A stretch of 64,000 nucleotides of DNA from the human T2T-CHM13v2.0 reference genome, Homo sapiens: assembly GCF_009914755.1 (NCBI RefSeq), contig NC_060931.1; one strand, written 5' to 3'. The notes below the pieces were generated by a model. The model ran no database searches. It was given only the letters and a program-made list of their open reading frames with translations, and was not told where the DNA came from. Below are positions 43,943 through 59,569 of the stretch, one piece after another (the first letter of the stretch is position 1; every line of letters starts with the position of its first letter). The position numbers and the translations under genes were made by a program.

Positions 43943-46119
43943 AAGGGCACTCTCTAATTTTCTTATGGCCCCCTTCTCTGCCAGAGAATTGACCATTGTT
44001 TCCTTTCCGCTAAAGCAATGTGAATACATGATGTATGACTAGGCTGTTCCCTCATCTATAGGCAAATCTGCATTATTTAGGGAGAAGACTTGAGCTGGGT
44101 CTCAGACCTCAGATATGGATGTTAAAAATTTTGAAATTCCAACTAAATATTTGAAATGAATGAAACTATGCTCATCCAGTTCCCATGATAAAATTTAGTG
44201 GTGTGTGGGATATAGACAGATATGTTACAGCTTTTGGTTTAGCATTTTTAGTCTAGCAAAACATCTTAAACTGGAACTTAAATGATTGCACTACAATGTA
44301 AAATACTGTGTTACCTAAACTGCACATTTGCTCATTTCAGTCTCTGATTCTTATCTTCTATTTATGACTAGCCCAATAACACTGCCAATATCATGGACTT
44401 TACTCAACTGATGCTACCTTGCTTTGGAAACTTATCCTAAACAAGAAGCGCGTGCAAAGCAAATCTTATTTTCCATGCTGACAATATTAGATGCCTTATA
44501 CCCTTAGACAAAGTAGGGGTCTGAAATAAGCATTGCTCTTTTAAATGCCAAAAAGGCTCTATTTTTCCTAATTATACATCCACCACAGTGATTCATAAAA
44601 CTTTGTAAAATAAAACGAAAACATAAGTGGTAGAGAAATAAATTATCCTTGAACTACTTCTGACCCTGTTTCTCCAAAATAGCATGTCATCTTTTGGGTA
44701 AATTTTCTTATATCTTTCCACATACTGTCGTCTTTCTATGAATTGCTTTTTTAAAAATAATATATATAATTTAGCTCTAATTTCTGAATTCAGACTTAAA
44801 GCCTATTGAAACTGGAAGGAACCAACGATTATCTGATTCTCTTTTATTCCACTAATAGGAAAACCGAGACTTCACAAATGTCACACAGTTTGTAAAGCAT
44901 GGAAGTAGCTTGGATTCTGATGTCATATATAAAACTAATTTCTGCTGTGAAATTATAAACACATGTATGAACAGAGTTATAAAACACAAACTTTGTATTA
45001 GTCATTTTGGGTTATTTTAGCTTTAGTGGTGGCATGACATGATTAAATAAGTTTACACTAGAATACCTAAATAGAATTCTATTTTGTTTTCAGTGTACAT
45101 TAGGTTTTATTAGACTTAATCATGTCATGCACTTGAAAAATCTGGCAAAAATATCTAGGGTAATATAAAAACAGAATCTATCCTGATTGGGAGGGAAGTC
45201 CTCTATATTTCTTATCTCAACAAATTGCTAATTTAGCATGTTGGGGACAAAAGGGAAAAAGAATTCTTAATTGTGATGCTACACATTTCAAAACAATTTA
45301 AAGGACTTGCTAGGGCAAGAATTCAATCATCTCAGAATAATGCTAATATTATTCTTTGTATTTATTTGGTTTTCAAGTGCTGGCAATAGTCCCACCTTTA
45401 GGTCAAGGAGTGACAAAGGAATAATGTAGAATAATGTCCCAGTTATAGGTAAAGTATTCCCACTGGCTCAAAGTTTCTGATATTCTTCAGTAAATTAGAA
45501 ATCTAAATCTACAGAGCAGAGTTTCCACTTAAGACATACTGCTATGTAAGCCTTTTATTTCACTCAAAAACTTTTAATATAATGACTACAATTTACTTGC
45601 CATGTTCTTTATCTTGATTCTTCCTTTCCCCATCACTTATACTTAGGTGTGTGTATATATAGAAGCTTTTTCCCGTCTAGTCGCCCATCTGCTTCTTGCT
45701 GAGCTCAAAGTAGGTAACAACCGCCTATCTGTGATCAAATGCTATACTTCAAGCCACATATCATGACAACAGTGAACATGCTAGGCAGGAGGAGGAAAAG
45801 GTGGCTAATTTTGAAGAATAGAAGCTGTGATTTGGACACAAATAGGTTGGTAATAATCCCTTAAAGTACCACCATTTAGAATAAGAACAAAAAAGGCAAA
45901 CAAGCAGAGTGATTATGATAAAGTATAGTTCTGATTTCAGACTCTCAGGGTTTCTTGAACTGAAAAGCATCCCTTTTAGAGGGTAAAGGTTGTCTGGTGT
46001 ATATATGCACGCCATCAACAAGGGAGGACCTCTGCCTTTTCAGGATACCTTATCTACAGTTGAAAGTTTTTTGTCTCTGGCTTTGATCTCCCTGTAATCC
46101 TTCCCTATTGGGTCCAGTA

Positions 46120-46650
46120 GAGAAGAGCTACTCATTTTATATGGTCGCCCTCCTATTCTCTGCATAGGCCTGTCAGGCTACCAGGCCCCCACTCTGATCT
46201 CACTTGCTGCCAGCTCACTGGAGCCACTAGAACTTTTATTCACTAAGATAAACATATTTTACTGCAAACATTCCTGATGTGGCAGATCTTTAGACTTTCT
46301 AACCATCCTGTTTAATTCCATAACCTTTCCAGTATAACCAGCTACCTTTAATGGGCATGATAGAGTAGGTGTGTTTTAAGTGACAGAGAGAAGATTGGGA
46401 CTGACCCCTACTTTGTCCTTGTACATGGCTATGAATTCACTGAAATATTCACCTTCTTTGGTGACCACATTATTTGTTTAACTTTCATTGAGCTTCCTGT
46501 CTACTAAATTACCTCATATTCATGTGTTATTTCCAAAGTCCATTATTTTGACTTACAATTGCACCAATGTAAATTATATTACACTGATTTCCATTAATTT
46601 TTATTTTAATGTATTTTATAGTAAAGATATTTTTGAATCAAAAAATGAAT
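46120..46650. mobile_element. Ancient L3/CR1-like fragment
   Basis: Weak resemblance to the CR1 3' region. Confidence 0.35.
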
Positions 46651-46869
46651 ATTGAATGCTCCCAGATCATGAAGGGGATATTAAGCAGCAGCTATCCTGA
46701 CCATCTGGATTCTTGTGGTCATTTAGGAAGAGGATGTTGATTTCTTCTGGTTTTCATCAATGTGCCAGAAATAGGATATTTTACTGAGTGTCATGATTTG
46801 TGAGTCACTTAGGATCATCAAATCTATTTATCATACATTTGATTAGAGAGTTGTACGAGAAGTTTTTAA

Positions 46870-48335
46870 AACATATTTTACTTTAGACATTTTAAATGTA
46901 TACAAAAAGAAAGAATGGTATAATCCAATATATCTATCTTTTATAATATATGTGAATTCAATAATTATCAATACATGGACAACCTTGTTTAGTCTATATT
47001 CCTACCGCTTTTCTTGCATTATATTTAAAGCAATCTCAGAAATTATTTTTTCCTCTATTTTGTTATATATGTAAACAAATAAAGTGTTTTTGTTTTAACA
47101 AAACCGCAATATCACTTTCACAACTAAAAAGCAATAACAACACTTCCTAGTATTATCACATATCCAGTTAGTGTTTACATTTCCTGGATTGTCTTTTATA
47201 TTGATTTATCTTGTTTTATTTTTTTCTAATCTTCTGTTTTTTTTCTTTTTTTTTTTTTTCAATCAGTGCATATAAAGTGTATATATTGCAACTGGTTTGT
47301 ATACCTCTTGTCTCTCAAGGCTCTTTTTATCTCTATAATTTTGTTTTTTTTTCTTTTCTTGATATATTATTTTGGAAGAAATTACATATATTTCTTTTTT
47401 GGCTTGGAGAGTTTCCCGTAGTCTGGATTTTTCTGATTGCATCCACATGGTATCACCTAATATGTTTTGTGTGTTTCTGTCCTTTAAATTTTCTAGAATG
47501 CATTAGTTAGATCTAGACACTTGATGAAATTTGTGTTCTATTAATTTACTTTTGCAAGACTACTTCATAGATGATACTCTGCTGTGTCCTTCCATTAGAA
47601 GGACAAGCCTGTACCAAGTCAGAGCTGCGAATGCAGGAAGTGCTTTTTCAGATGTCTTTGAAATTAACCATTAACTCTTCCATTGCCACCTTAAAGGAAT
47701 AAGTCAGTGTTGTTAGGCACAACAAAAGATTTACACAACTTGTTAGATGAACACTGGAGCACTCAAACTCCTCCTGGAGCACTTAAACTCCTCAATCTAG
47801 AAGGTTTGGAAACTGGACATAAACAAAAGGCGGCCATGTATCAAAGTAAGTATACATGTAGTATAATGTTTGGTTGATTCTCTTTCTGTGATATTTGCAG
47901 CCATTGATGATCATTGCATAGATTCATTAATGTAGGCATTGTATGATGTTCATATTCTGTCATTCATTTTCTATTTATTAGCTAGAATACTTACCTTAAA
48001 AAGAAATACATCTTCTTCAACTATTGAGTTCCTATGAAGTGAAGATACAAGAAAATAAGAATGAATGCTCACCTTCCTATTGTATATCTTTTAAAAATAA
48101 TGAGAATTCACTAGCATCTCCCAAAGGTGATCAGTGGAGTGTGTATGCTGTATTTAGAATCATTATGCTAACATATTGAATGTGTTTGTCCATTGTACTT
48201 ACTATTTTTACTGGTGCTTAAATGTGTCCCTTCTTGGGCCAGTAGCCATTTTGCCTGGCTGCTCAGTCCTGTCTATATGACTCTACTAGACTCTAATACT
48301 CTCATTGATGCTGACATCCCAGAGTCATTTTTATA
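46870..48335 (-). mobile_element. L1MC-like 3' region with a non-L1 insert
   Basis: 'aatatccagttagtgtttacatttcc', 'gcagccattgatgatcattgc'. Confidence 0.7.
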
Positions 48336-48368
48336 TCAAGAGTGCTGAAGTTGTAAACTTAGGAGTGA

Positions 48369-48806
<438 letters not shown>

Positions 48807-48879
48807 TCACATTCAAAGATGAAGCATGGAATTGTCCTGATAGACTTTTCTGGGATAATAGAATAGGTTGTACCACTAA

Positions 48880-48925
48880 GAAATAATAATGATAATGGCA
48901 ATAATAATAGTAATAATAACAATAT
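48880..48925. repeat. Imperfect (AAT)n
   Basis: Direct reading. Confidence 0.8.
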
Positions 48926-50632
48926 GGAATCCCAGCCAAACACAGTAATGCTTTTAGAGTAAACATTTTTTTATATAGTTCTACATTCAAAGTTCATAAC
49001 AGTAACAAAATCATGTAATCAGAGACAAGTGTGCATGTAAATTATGCTAAAAATATCATGTCATATTTATATAAGTTGAACTTCCCATGGTGCTTTAACA
49101 GACATTATTTCTATTTAATTACAATCTTTATGACAGATATTGAAGGGGAAGAATTAACTCACAGACTATGCTAGCACGTTGTTGCTTTCTGGGGAAATCT
49201 TAGTGGATGTTTCTTTGTGATTTAAATAGTGATGGCATATGTGAAATAGTAGACAGAGGCCTTCTGACTTCATTCTGGTAGTCTTGGTGTTATACTACTG
49301 AAAAAACAGGATTGTAAAATGTAAAGTCTTGCCTACAAAAATAGCAACTTTTCTTCTCAGTATACAGTTGTATCATCTTTTATAGTATTCATACTTAATG
49401 AGTGTAGTCGGATACACCAAGGATTTTTTTTTTTGCCATGATAGATGGCAACAGAGTCAAATCACCAAATATGCTAACCTATTGCTTTTCCATGGTTTAA
49501 CATCCCCCCTTATATCACCCTTATCTCATTTTTTGTCTTTACTATTTTTTTCAAATTCATTAGGAAGTTGGAGTGCTTAATATTTCTAACTACTTTAGTG
49601 ACAAGTCTGAAAAATAAAGGCACGTCTTTCTGAGAGCAGTTTGCAGAGAACTGCACTCTAGAGCTGAAGAAACACCAAAGAGCAATTTGTAGTTAGATTT
49701 AGCACTAATTACCACCTGCTTTTCCATTATGTTTACCATAGTTGCATGTTTGTCTCCAGCATGAGATTGTGATTACATATCCTCATCCAGATCATTATGG
49801 AATAAGAGTACAGGCTGTGTGTGAGGCACAACACTAGACAATGCACTATGTTGAAGACATGAAGAGGAATATACACTGTCCCTGCTCAAAGGGAAGTCTG
49901 GTGCAATGGCAATAGGAGGAGGAAGAAGGTGCACAAAGACAATCACAACACAGTAAGTTCAATGGTGGAGATGTGTGTAGCATAACACGGGAATAGAGGA
50001 GGAGGAGAACACCTGGCCCAGTCTGAAGGAGCCAGGAATTAATGATAACTTTCTTTCTACCCCAGCTGTTAGCACAGTGCTTGTGAGTATAAAGCAAGTG
50101 CTCGTTGTTTATCAGAAATAAAATTATGTTTAGGTTTGTCAGTGTTTTATGAGAGAAATGATTCCACTGTTCTTACCAATATATTTTTATTCAAGTGATT
50201 TGTTTTCTAGGGAAAAATACATGTTTAAATGTCTTCATCAGAAACCTATTACAAGAAAGGAAAAAGAAAAATGTAGAAGAGCCAGAACCAGCATTTAGGG
50301 CAGGGTTTAGGGATCTGAGAGCATTATTTACCCTGTTAGTACCCATGGTTGATATATTTAATATTATTAACTGGACTATACTTTTCTCCCTTACTGCATC
50401 CCAACATGCCATGTATGTGACCATCAATGTATTTTTTGAAGAATTAGAGTGTCATTTCTGAAAAATTGCCAGAAATGATACTAAATTCCATAGGTTGGTG
50501 CAAGAATGTCTATGGCTTAGTATCACTAAGCAATACAAGGGAAGGTCAGCTCATCCTGCCTTTGCATTACTATCCACTAAACAACAGGTGGTAGAAAATC
50601 TCTGCTTTGTAAATCTTTCAAAAGGAATTGCT

Positions 50633-50946
<314 letters not shown>

Positions 50947-53302
50947 TCAAAGAATTTTCTGTTAAGTAGATGAGAGCATTGGCTTTAACCAAAGGCCTAA
51001 TGTCTACATGCTACCTCTAAGTATCTAAATATTAATGTTCTTTTACTTTGTCTACAAAACACGTTGATACAGCTTTCATTTTCAAGTGTACCTAAACAGG
51101 GAGATTTGTAATAGTGAGGGTGTCCTACTTCTCATTAGTTGTTTGATGGCTATGTTTAGTAAGGTTTTGATATTGGATTATCTTATTTGAATGCTGGTAA
51201 TTTCAGAAACACTAAGACCCCAGAGGATTACACTGTATCCACCTTTTTGGCTAACGGTTGACACTTGTTGATTGGGGTCAATAAATCATCGGTATTCTTT
51301 ACCTTTCTAATAGCTGTCACTCTTAAATGTTGAAGCATTTCAGGCCTAAAGCATCCTCAAGGACCATCAAAGAATATTGAGGAGGAAATAAGCCTCCATC
51401 CCTCAGTGACAGTTTTAAGAAACTTTCAATTTCTCTGATGAATTTACATATATTTTTCTTGTCTTTTGCTTTGTTGTCTTTCCAGTTTTACTTTTAGGTG
51501 AATGAGTTCCTCTTTGCTCGAGGTCTTTCTATAGCTACAATAGATTTCACAGAGCTAATATTTCACCCAATGTCCAATGTAAATAAGAATCATATAATTA
51601 GACTTGGGTGCATAAGAACCTCTGCCCATCTGGACTATGATGGAGTTAGATTAGCAATCTCCATTATATCTTCTTCTATCTTCTCATTAAAATAATAATG
51701 ACAAATAAAGATATCCCATTAAATTTGGAAACTAACAAATTTAGTGCAGGAAAAAATTCTACTTTTTAGATGGATAAATTTGTAGCAAAAAAAAATCAGT
51801 TGATTAATCATTATTTTCATCCAACAAAATGTTGTTTACACCTGTCTTAAAATCTAAACTCCAATACCTTGGTAGAAATTTAGAAATTGTCTTCTTAGCT
51901 TCTTCAGGTTAAGTTTTCTCTTTATATTCCATGTTTTTATACCACATACATCCTTTATACCACATTGAAAATGCTATTTCTGTATATAGTTAGACAATAT
52001 AATTCCTGGTACAAAATAGGTAATGTGTGAGGGGAAATGAGTGGTTGGGAACCATACTCAGTGATGTAATCTCTCCATAGAAACCTTGGAGAGGTGTCAG
52101 AGAATGGGAGGAGATGTGAATAAAGAACTTGTTGAAGGAGTATACTATATATAGTCAAGAAGAACTACAACTACTTAAATTTCTATAAAATAAAAATTCT
52201 TAGTACAGTTAGGTAACAGCAAGATTTAATGACAGACCAATGGGGAGTATATGAAGTTTTTCAGCTAATATAAGGAACAGTCATTTGAAGAGTTGGGAAA
52301 AAATTATACCTTTTTGAAATACGTTTCTACAAAGCAAAAAGTATGATGTATATTCTTTGTATTCACATAAAGTTAAGGGAAGCTCAAATATATATTTAAA
52401 AATCATGAAGTTGGTAATTGATAAAATTTTTATTTTATCAATAAAAAAGCAAGATAGTTGATAAATGAAAAATCAAAGGAGTGGAAAATATGGCAAGTAT
52501 AGCTGGTTTGACAATATATTTAAGTGGTAGAAGCTACTTTATTATAAAAGCAAATTGTTTGAGATTCTATTAAAGCCAATACCACTACTTGCCCCTTTCA
52601 AGATATATAACACAAATATAGAAAAGAGCTTAAAGATTCAATAATATAAAAAGGCAAAGGAGTTTCAATATTAATCAGACAATATAGGACAAAATTTAAA
52701 AAAATGAGAAAGTCATATGTCAATAAAAGTATAATAAAGTTTTAACTTCTGTGTTGGCATTCAAAATATGATGTAAAAACCTATTAGGAGCAATATCAGG
52801 AACCTATTTGTTGAAAACTTTCAGCATTCTTATTGTCTGGCACAGATCAACAAGACATAACACTGATTTGGATAAGACAAAGCTCGGAAAGGATACACAT
52901 TCCTTCTCACAGAATACAATTATGACTCTAATTGAGTTGCACATAGTTTTAATTGGATAAAATCTACAGCTTGGAAATTTATTGGATTTTAATTTAAAAG
53001 ATGGGGAAAAAACCTTCCAGATCAAAAAACTAGTGGCATTAACATTTAAAAAATACATAATTATGTATTATCTGAGTGTACCATAATCATAGAAGGTAAA
53101 TTTGGGTATGGTTGCGTGATATTAATATGTTTAATCTATGTAATTGATGTTAATGTTTTCCTTCAAATACTAATGGCACTCACTAAGGACGTTTTCTCAG
53201 TTTATCTTGGCTCAACTTTGCATGTTGCAGGATATCCTCTGCTTTTTTTTCTTTCCTGGGAAAAAAAGATTGCTAAAGGTAACTGGCACAGATTTACGAT
53301 TT

Positions 53303-53602
53303 CTTTTTTCTTTTGAGACAGTTTCCCTCTTGTTGCCCAGGCTGGAGTGCAATCACGTGATCTTGGCTTAACGCAACCTCTGTCTCCCAGGTTCAAGCGA
53401 TTCTCCTGCTTCAGCCTCCCAAGTAGCTGGGATTGCAGGCATGCACCATCACGCTCAGCTAATTTTATATTTTTATGTTTTTAATAGAGACAGAGTTTCT
53501 CTATGTTGGTTAGGCTGGTCTCAATCTCCCGATCTCAGGTGATTCACCTGCCTCGGCCTCCCAAAGTGTTGGGATTACAGGCATGAGTCACTACACCTGG
53601 CC
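53303..53602 (-). mobile_element. AluSp-like
   Basis: 'tcttgttgcccagg', 'gtgcaat', 'ctcccga..tcaggt'; TSD agattta(cg/ta)attt. Confidence 0.93.
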
Positions 53603-53660
53603 AGATTTATAATTTTATTGTGGGGAGGAGTAAATAATTTGTATAATATGTGGATATTAG

Positions 53661-54608
53661 TGAAGCAGGATATTTCCCTGACCCCTGTTGCAGGACTCGT
53701 AACAGGGGTGCCTTGTTTACTCAGCCTGCCACTCTCATCTCCTCAGAAGTGGGAGTTCATGAGTGAACAAGGCAGAAAGTGGAATGCATGAGCACTGGAA
53801 GCGGAGTGTGTTTTGGGTACTGGCAGGAACAAATTCTGTTTACTTGGCTCACCACACTCAACTCCTTACGGGAGGGGGCAAGTAGGTGAGCTAGCACAGG
53901 ATCTGGCTGGCTGCTTTTGGGTGCCAGCAGGAGCAAACTTTGTGTAGGCCTGCAGCAGCATCCAGGTAGCAATGCCTGTGACTCCTGAAGCCTGAGAGGG
54001 TTTGTTAGTGTTCTTTCAGCTTTGCCATCCATGGGTGGCTTAAGTGTTAACAGCTCAGTGGGCCCTTTGCCTTTTTGGGTGAGGCAGCTGCCCTCTGCCA
54101 ATAAGGGCAAAGGGCCAGTACAACAGCCTTTTGTATCTGCACTTGTGGCTCCTAAGCTCTCGTCTGGTGTCCAGGAAAAATGAGGTCACACAAATGAATT
54201 GAAGGGTTGTAAATGGCAGGGGATTTTGTTGCTGATGAAAGTGGCTCTCGGAAAGGGAGCTGAAAAGGGGATGGGGAGGCTAGATAATCTTCCCCTGAAG
54301 TCTGGCTGTCTCCAGCCAGATTCTTCTCCAAAGTCACACCATAAAGCTGTCCCTCTGAAGTCAAGCTGCTTCTCTCTGACGTCCAGCCATAGTGCTGTCT
54401 ACTGGCTGAGTCTGGGGTTTTTATAGGCACAGGATGTGGTTGGGTGGGGCTATGGGTGGTTTAGGAAAATACAACATCGGAGCGGGAAAACAGGGATAGA
54501 AGTTATGACTTTGGGCCACATTTTCAGGCTTTTTAGCTTGAGGGGTAGGGTTTTCTCCAGGGACCCATCCTTTTCTGCCTAGAATTTCTCTGCCTCCTAT
54601 CCCCATCA
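53661..54608 (-). mobile_element. ERV1 3' LTR (LTR27-like; LTR1/27/28/MER52 group)
   Basis: Minus strand reads TGAT...TTCA, preceded by polypurine tract AGAGGGGGAAA; TATAAAA at 54419-54425. Confidence 0.85.
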
Positions 54609-57097
54609 TTTCCCCCTCTAAAGAGGCACATCTAACTTTGCTTAGAATTTGGACAATGACTGATTTTAGCTACTTCCTGCTGACAGGGGGCATTGTTTTG
54701 GGGAAAATGGCAGTCAGACTCCTAGAGGTCTGCCTAAGGGCTCTTGGCCAAAGGGAGCCATTGTCCGAGGCTCTGGTTGCCTGACTAGAGTTTGATGGCC
54801 TCTTGGTGACAAGAAGCAAGTTTTACAAGGTTAAGTATGCATGGATCAAATGCATCTATAATACAAAGAGGGGTTAAAAGGAAAGAATCTAGTGCCAAAA
54901 ATTATAGAAATAAGAAGTGAAATATACTAATCATTCAGACAATATTATGCCCTAAACTATTTCATCCTGGTGAAAGAAAATTAAGCTTTTATGGGAGCAG
55001 TTAAACTTTAGGAAAGAGATAACTGTTTGGGGTATAGACATTCCCATGGGCGTTCAGGATTAAGGGGTCTTTGGTAAAGGTGCCCCATGGTATAGAACAG
55101 AATGAAGGTAAAAACAGCAAGCATAGGCAAGACTATAAAGAGGATATCCACAGAAGGTCAATTATTAGCACTTATCTTTTGTGATTTTTTGCTTGAGGTG
55201 CTTGACCACTTCACATTGGTACTTTGGGTACTCTTCTGGGTTGACAGAGGTAAGTAACTCCACAAGCTTCCTAGACCTTTCCTCGGGTATAATGGATTCA
55301 AAAACCCATTCCAATGACCTATTGTAAAAGACTCAGGTGGCCACTTGCAGGAGGTTCTCTAAAGTACTATCTGGTCCCAGGGCCTATTTCTGCAGCTTCC
55401 TCCTGATAATCAGGGGCTGCTTGAGTGATAAATTTATCCTTTAGAATTAGTTGTCTCTCCACTGAATCGGGAGATAAAGAGGTGAGCTTTACCAAGGCCC
55501 CTCTTAGCCTCTCCAGGAAGGCAGTGGGATTCTCATCGAATCCCTGGTCTATCATGGATAACTTTGTATAATTGAGAGGGTTAGTTCTAGTTCTATGTAA
55601 GCCCTCCATTATGCATACCTGAAAATGTCTCCTCTTCCATTCTCCCATCTTGTCACTGGGATCCCATTTAAGTTCATCCAAAGACCTACTTCTCTTCCAG
55701 TTGGATAAAGTTCGACCCCATCCCTGACACCATATGTGATACAAAGCTCATCCCCAAATCTCTCTGCTGCTTGTAAAGCGACCTGCTTCTCAGTGTTAGT
55801 GTTTGATTCAAAAGGAACATGATGTCTTTCCGGGAGAGTTCAAATAATTTGGTTAAATTCTGGAAAGCCTCTATGTATCTGGCAGGGTCATCTGAAAACT
55901 TGCCTTAAGTCCCCTTGATTGCCTTAAGTCCTGTAGAGAGAAGGGGACCTGGGCCTTACTGGGGCCAAATTCGCTAGGCATCTGTTGGAGGGGTAAGAGT
56001 GAGACTGGGGCTTGTCTAGGGTGAGGGTGAGGATTTCAAGGAGGGGGCAAGTGAGAGGAGCTGGAGAGGGAGGCTGGGGCAGACTCAGAGGAGCAGGGCC
56101 AGAGGGAGGAGCTGGCTCCCCTTCTATAGGTGTCTCTGGGGTTCATTTCCTTAGTTCCCTGGGATTGTCCCTTGCAGCGTCTCCTGAGATGGCAAACAGG
56201 AGGGCTAGATCAATCCTGTATTGCCAGCAAAGGTCAAGATTACCCTGCAAGGAAGAGAAAGCCTGCACATATGGGGCCTCAGACCGTTTGCCCTCACATG
56301 TACAGAAAATGTCCAATTATAGGATGCTATCAAAATAAGTGGTTTCTTCCTGAGGCCAAGCCAGTCCTTCCTGCAGATCATAATTTGGCCAAACCTTTGT
56401 GCAAAGGGCTATGAGGTGTTTTTCCTCTAGACTCTGAGGGTCAAAGCCATCCCAGTGTTTCAGGATATACTCCGGAGGAGTACAGACTGAGGATGGTGAG
56501 GATAGTGGGTTGCCCATTCTGAAAGAGAGGGAAGTAGATGTTTCTCATTTCTCTTCCCTTTTTCAGTGAAAATTCAGGGTGTGAGGGAGAGAGAAAACAG
56601 GCATCCCCCTTTCTTGTTTCATCTTTTCATCACCAAGTCCTGGTGACCTGGGACGTCACCCATGGGTGCCAGTGCAGCCTGCACCCATGAAGCAGGGAGG
56701 GCCTAGAGAATAAAAATTATCTGCTCTCACCGATACCTCCAACTCCCCTACTGTCATCAACCTTTGGGTTCCCTGGGCCTCGTCTATGCCATGGAGCATG
56801 GTGTCCTTCCATGAAGCGGGGACTTAATCGACATGAATTAGTCCTGCCCATTTATACTGTACCTGTTGCTTGGCTTTAGATCCCTCAGACCTGGTTTTCC
56901 TTTCAAAAGCTTCAACCTGAAGTTTAGAATTGAGTTTGGGACAAAAAGGTGTCTCGGGGGGTGAATGGATTCATTTAGATTAAGTCCCAGATGGGCCTTG
57001 CCAAATCTGCAATTATCAGCCAGTGAGGTCACTTCTCTGCTGCTTTACTATCATAAGCAGAGTGCTAAGGTAGGAGTTGTAGATTTGGTCTCTTTCA
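54609..57097 (-). mobile_element. ERV1 internal region (HUERS-P/MER52-int-like): leader, gag and 3' remnant; pol, most of env and the 5' LTR absent
   Basis: Gag peptides and PPT adjoining the LTR. Confidence 0.85.
55367..56517 (-). pseudogene. gag: Disrupted gamma-like ERV gag (MA, Pro-rich, CA)
   Basis: MGN...ILKHWDGFDPQSL...LCTKVWPNY (matrix); QGFDENPTAFLERLRGAL major homology region; LKDKFITQAAPD; stops and frameshifts. Confidence 0.9.
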
Positions 57098-58039
57098 GGG
57101 AAAAAAAAAAGTGAGTTATTTGTCCTTTGATAATTTTCTTGGAATTTTTCTTTCTTTTTTTTCCTATTAGGTAGATGTTCTCCTGTATTCATACTGTTTT
57201 ATCTTTCCCCTTTTCTATTTTTTCATGTTTTCTTTTTAAATTATGGATGATTCCTTCAACATGGTCTAAAACTTCTATTTTCTGTACCAATTATATTTAA
57301 TATTTCAAGAGTATTCTCTTGTTCTGATATTTTTCATAGCTTCCTAACTTTTAGGAACCATCTGAAAACACTAATAAGAGGTCCCACCCCAATTTTTCAT
57401 TTTTCTTTGTGATTCCCTTCCCCCACACCTGTATCATTTGTATTAGTCTCTTTTGGTTTTCAGGATTTCCTCAACATTTGTTCACGTGGAACCATGAGGA
57501 AATGGACACCTATTTGAGATATCTACATACTCATGCAAAGTTTCTTACATGTTGAGCTACAATTGGAGTCATAAAGATAATACATATTGGACTTCTAAAT
57601 GTCAAACAGAAGTTCTGACCTGAAATGCCAGCTCAATATTAGCATCATAAACTCACTTCTACCATCTCTCCATTTTACTTGGTGTTTCTTATTCCAAGTA
57701 TCTCTGGCATTCTTCCCAGCAAATCAACTCTTTCCTCAGTCATGGATGCCTCTGTACGTATTTAGGTCAGTACTTCCTCTAGCCTGTTGTATCAATTATT
57801 ACATCTCTGTCACCATTCCGTAGTTTGTTATTGGATAAAGTCTCTCATTTTTAGATAGCTCATTTTCTATTTATTGCTTGTTATATGACTACACTTTTTC
57901 ATTCCTTTACTCTAAATGTATTGGTAGTCTTAGGATAGTGAGAAATTAACATAATCAGTTTGCCATCTTTAAGAAGCTCAGTTTGATCTTTACCTGAGTT
58001 TATAATGCTCATGAAAAAGAAAATACCATGAAAGATGGA

Positions 58040-58905
<866 letters not shown>

Positions 58906-59093
58906 CCTTTGAGGTGGCCTGAGCTACTGTCTCCCTCTGCAGTCATGCTTAAAGTCCCAAGGCTTTTATAGCTTAAAAATAGGAGCTAGTCCAGTTGAAT
59001 TTCTTTTTATCATCAGAAAAGACTTAGGAAAAAATGAGTTTTCCTGCCTACCATTTAAATTACCATTTCTAATAGCAACAAAAATTAAAGTAC

Positions 59094-59555
59094 TGTTATG
59101 GATGAAACAGTGTCCCCTTAAAATTCATATGTTAAAGACCCAACCCCCCATGTGACTATTTGGAAATAAGGTGTATGTTTGTGTGTGTGTATGTGTGTGT
59201 GTGTCTGTGTGTGTGTGGGTGCGTGCATGCATACATCTATGTGGGATGAATATGAAAGTAGATAAGAATAAATGAGGTCGTAAAGGTGAGCCCTGATCTA
59301 ATAGGATTAGTGTTCTTATGAGAGACATTAGAAATTTGCTCTCTCTCTCCCTCATGGGGTAACACAGCAGGGAGGCACCCATTTGTGTGGTGTTTTTTGT
59401 TCCAAGTAAGGAAGAGAGCCTTCACCAGAAACTGAATTGGCTAGCACTTTGGTTGTGGATTTCTCAGACTTCAGAACTGTAAGAAAATAAATTTCTGTCA
59501 TTTAAACCACTCAATCCAAGGTATTTTGTTATGGTAGCCAAACAAAACTAATATA
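59094..59555 (+). mobile_element. MLT1A/B-like LTR with internal (TG)n
   Basis: Typical MLT1 sequence; perfect TSD AGTAC (59089-59093 / 59556-59560). Confidence 0.88.
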
Positions 59556-59569
59556 AGTACCTAAATCTC

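Noticed and set aside
51450-51500. Strong polypyrimidine tract with AG acceptors
   Set aside because: No convincing nearby donor or reading frame; pseudo-acceptors are common.
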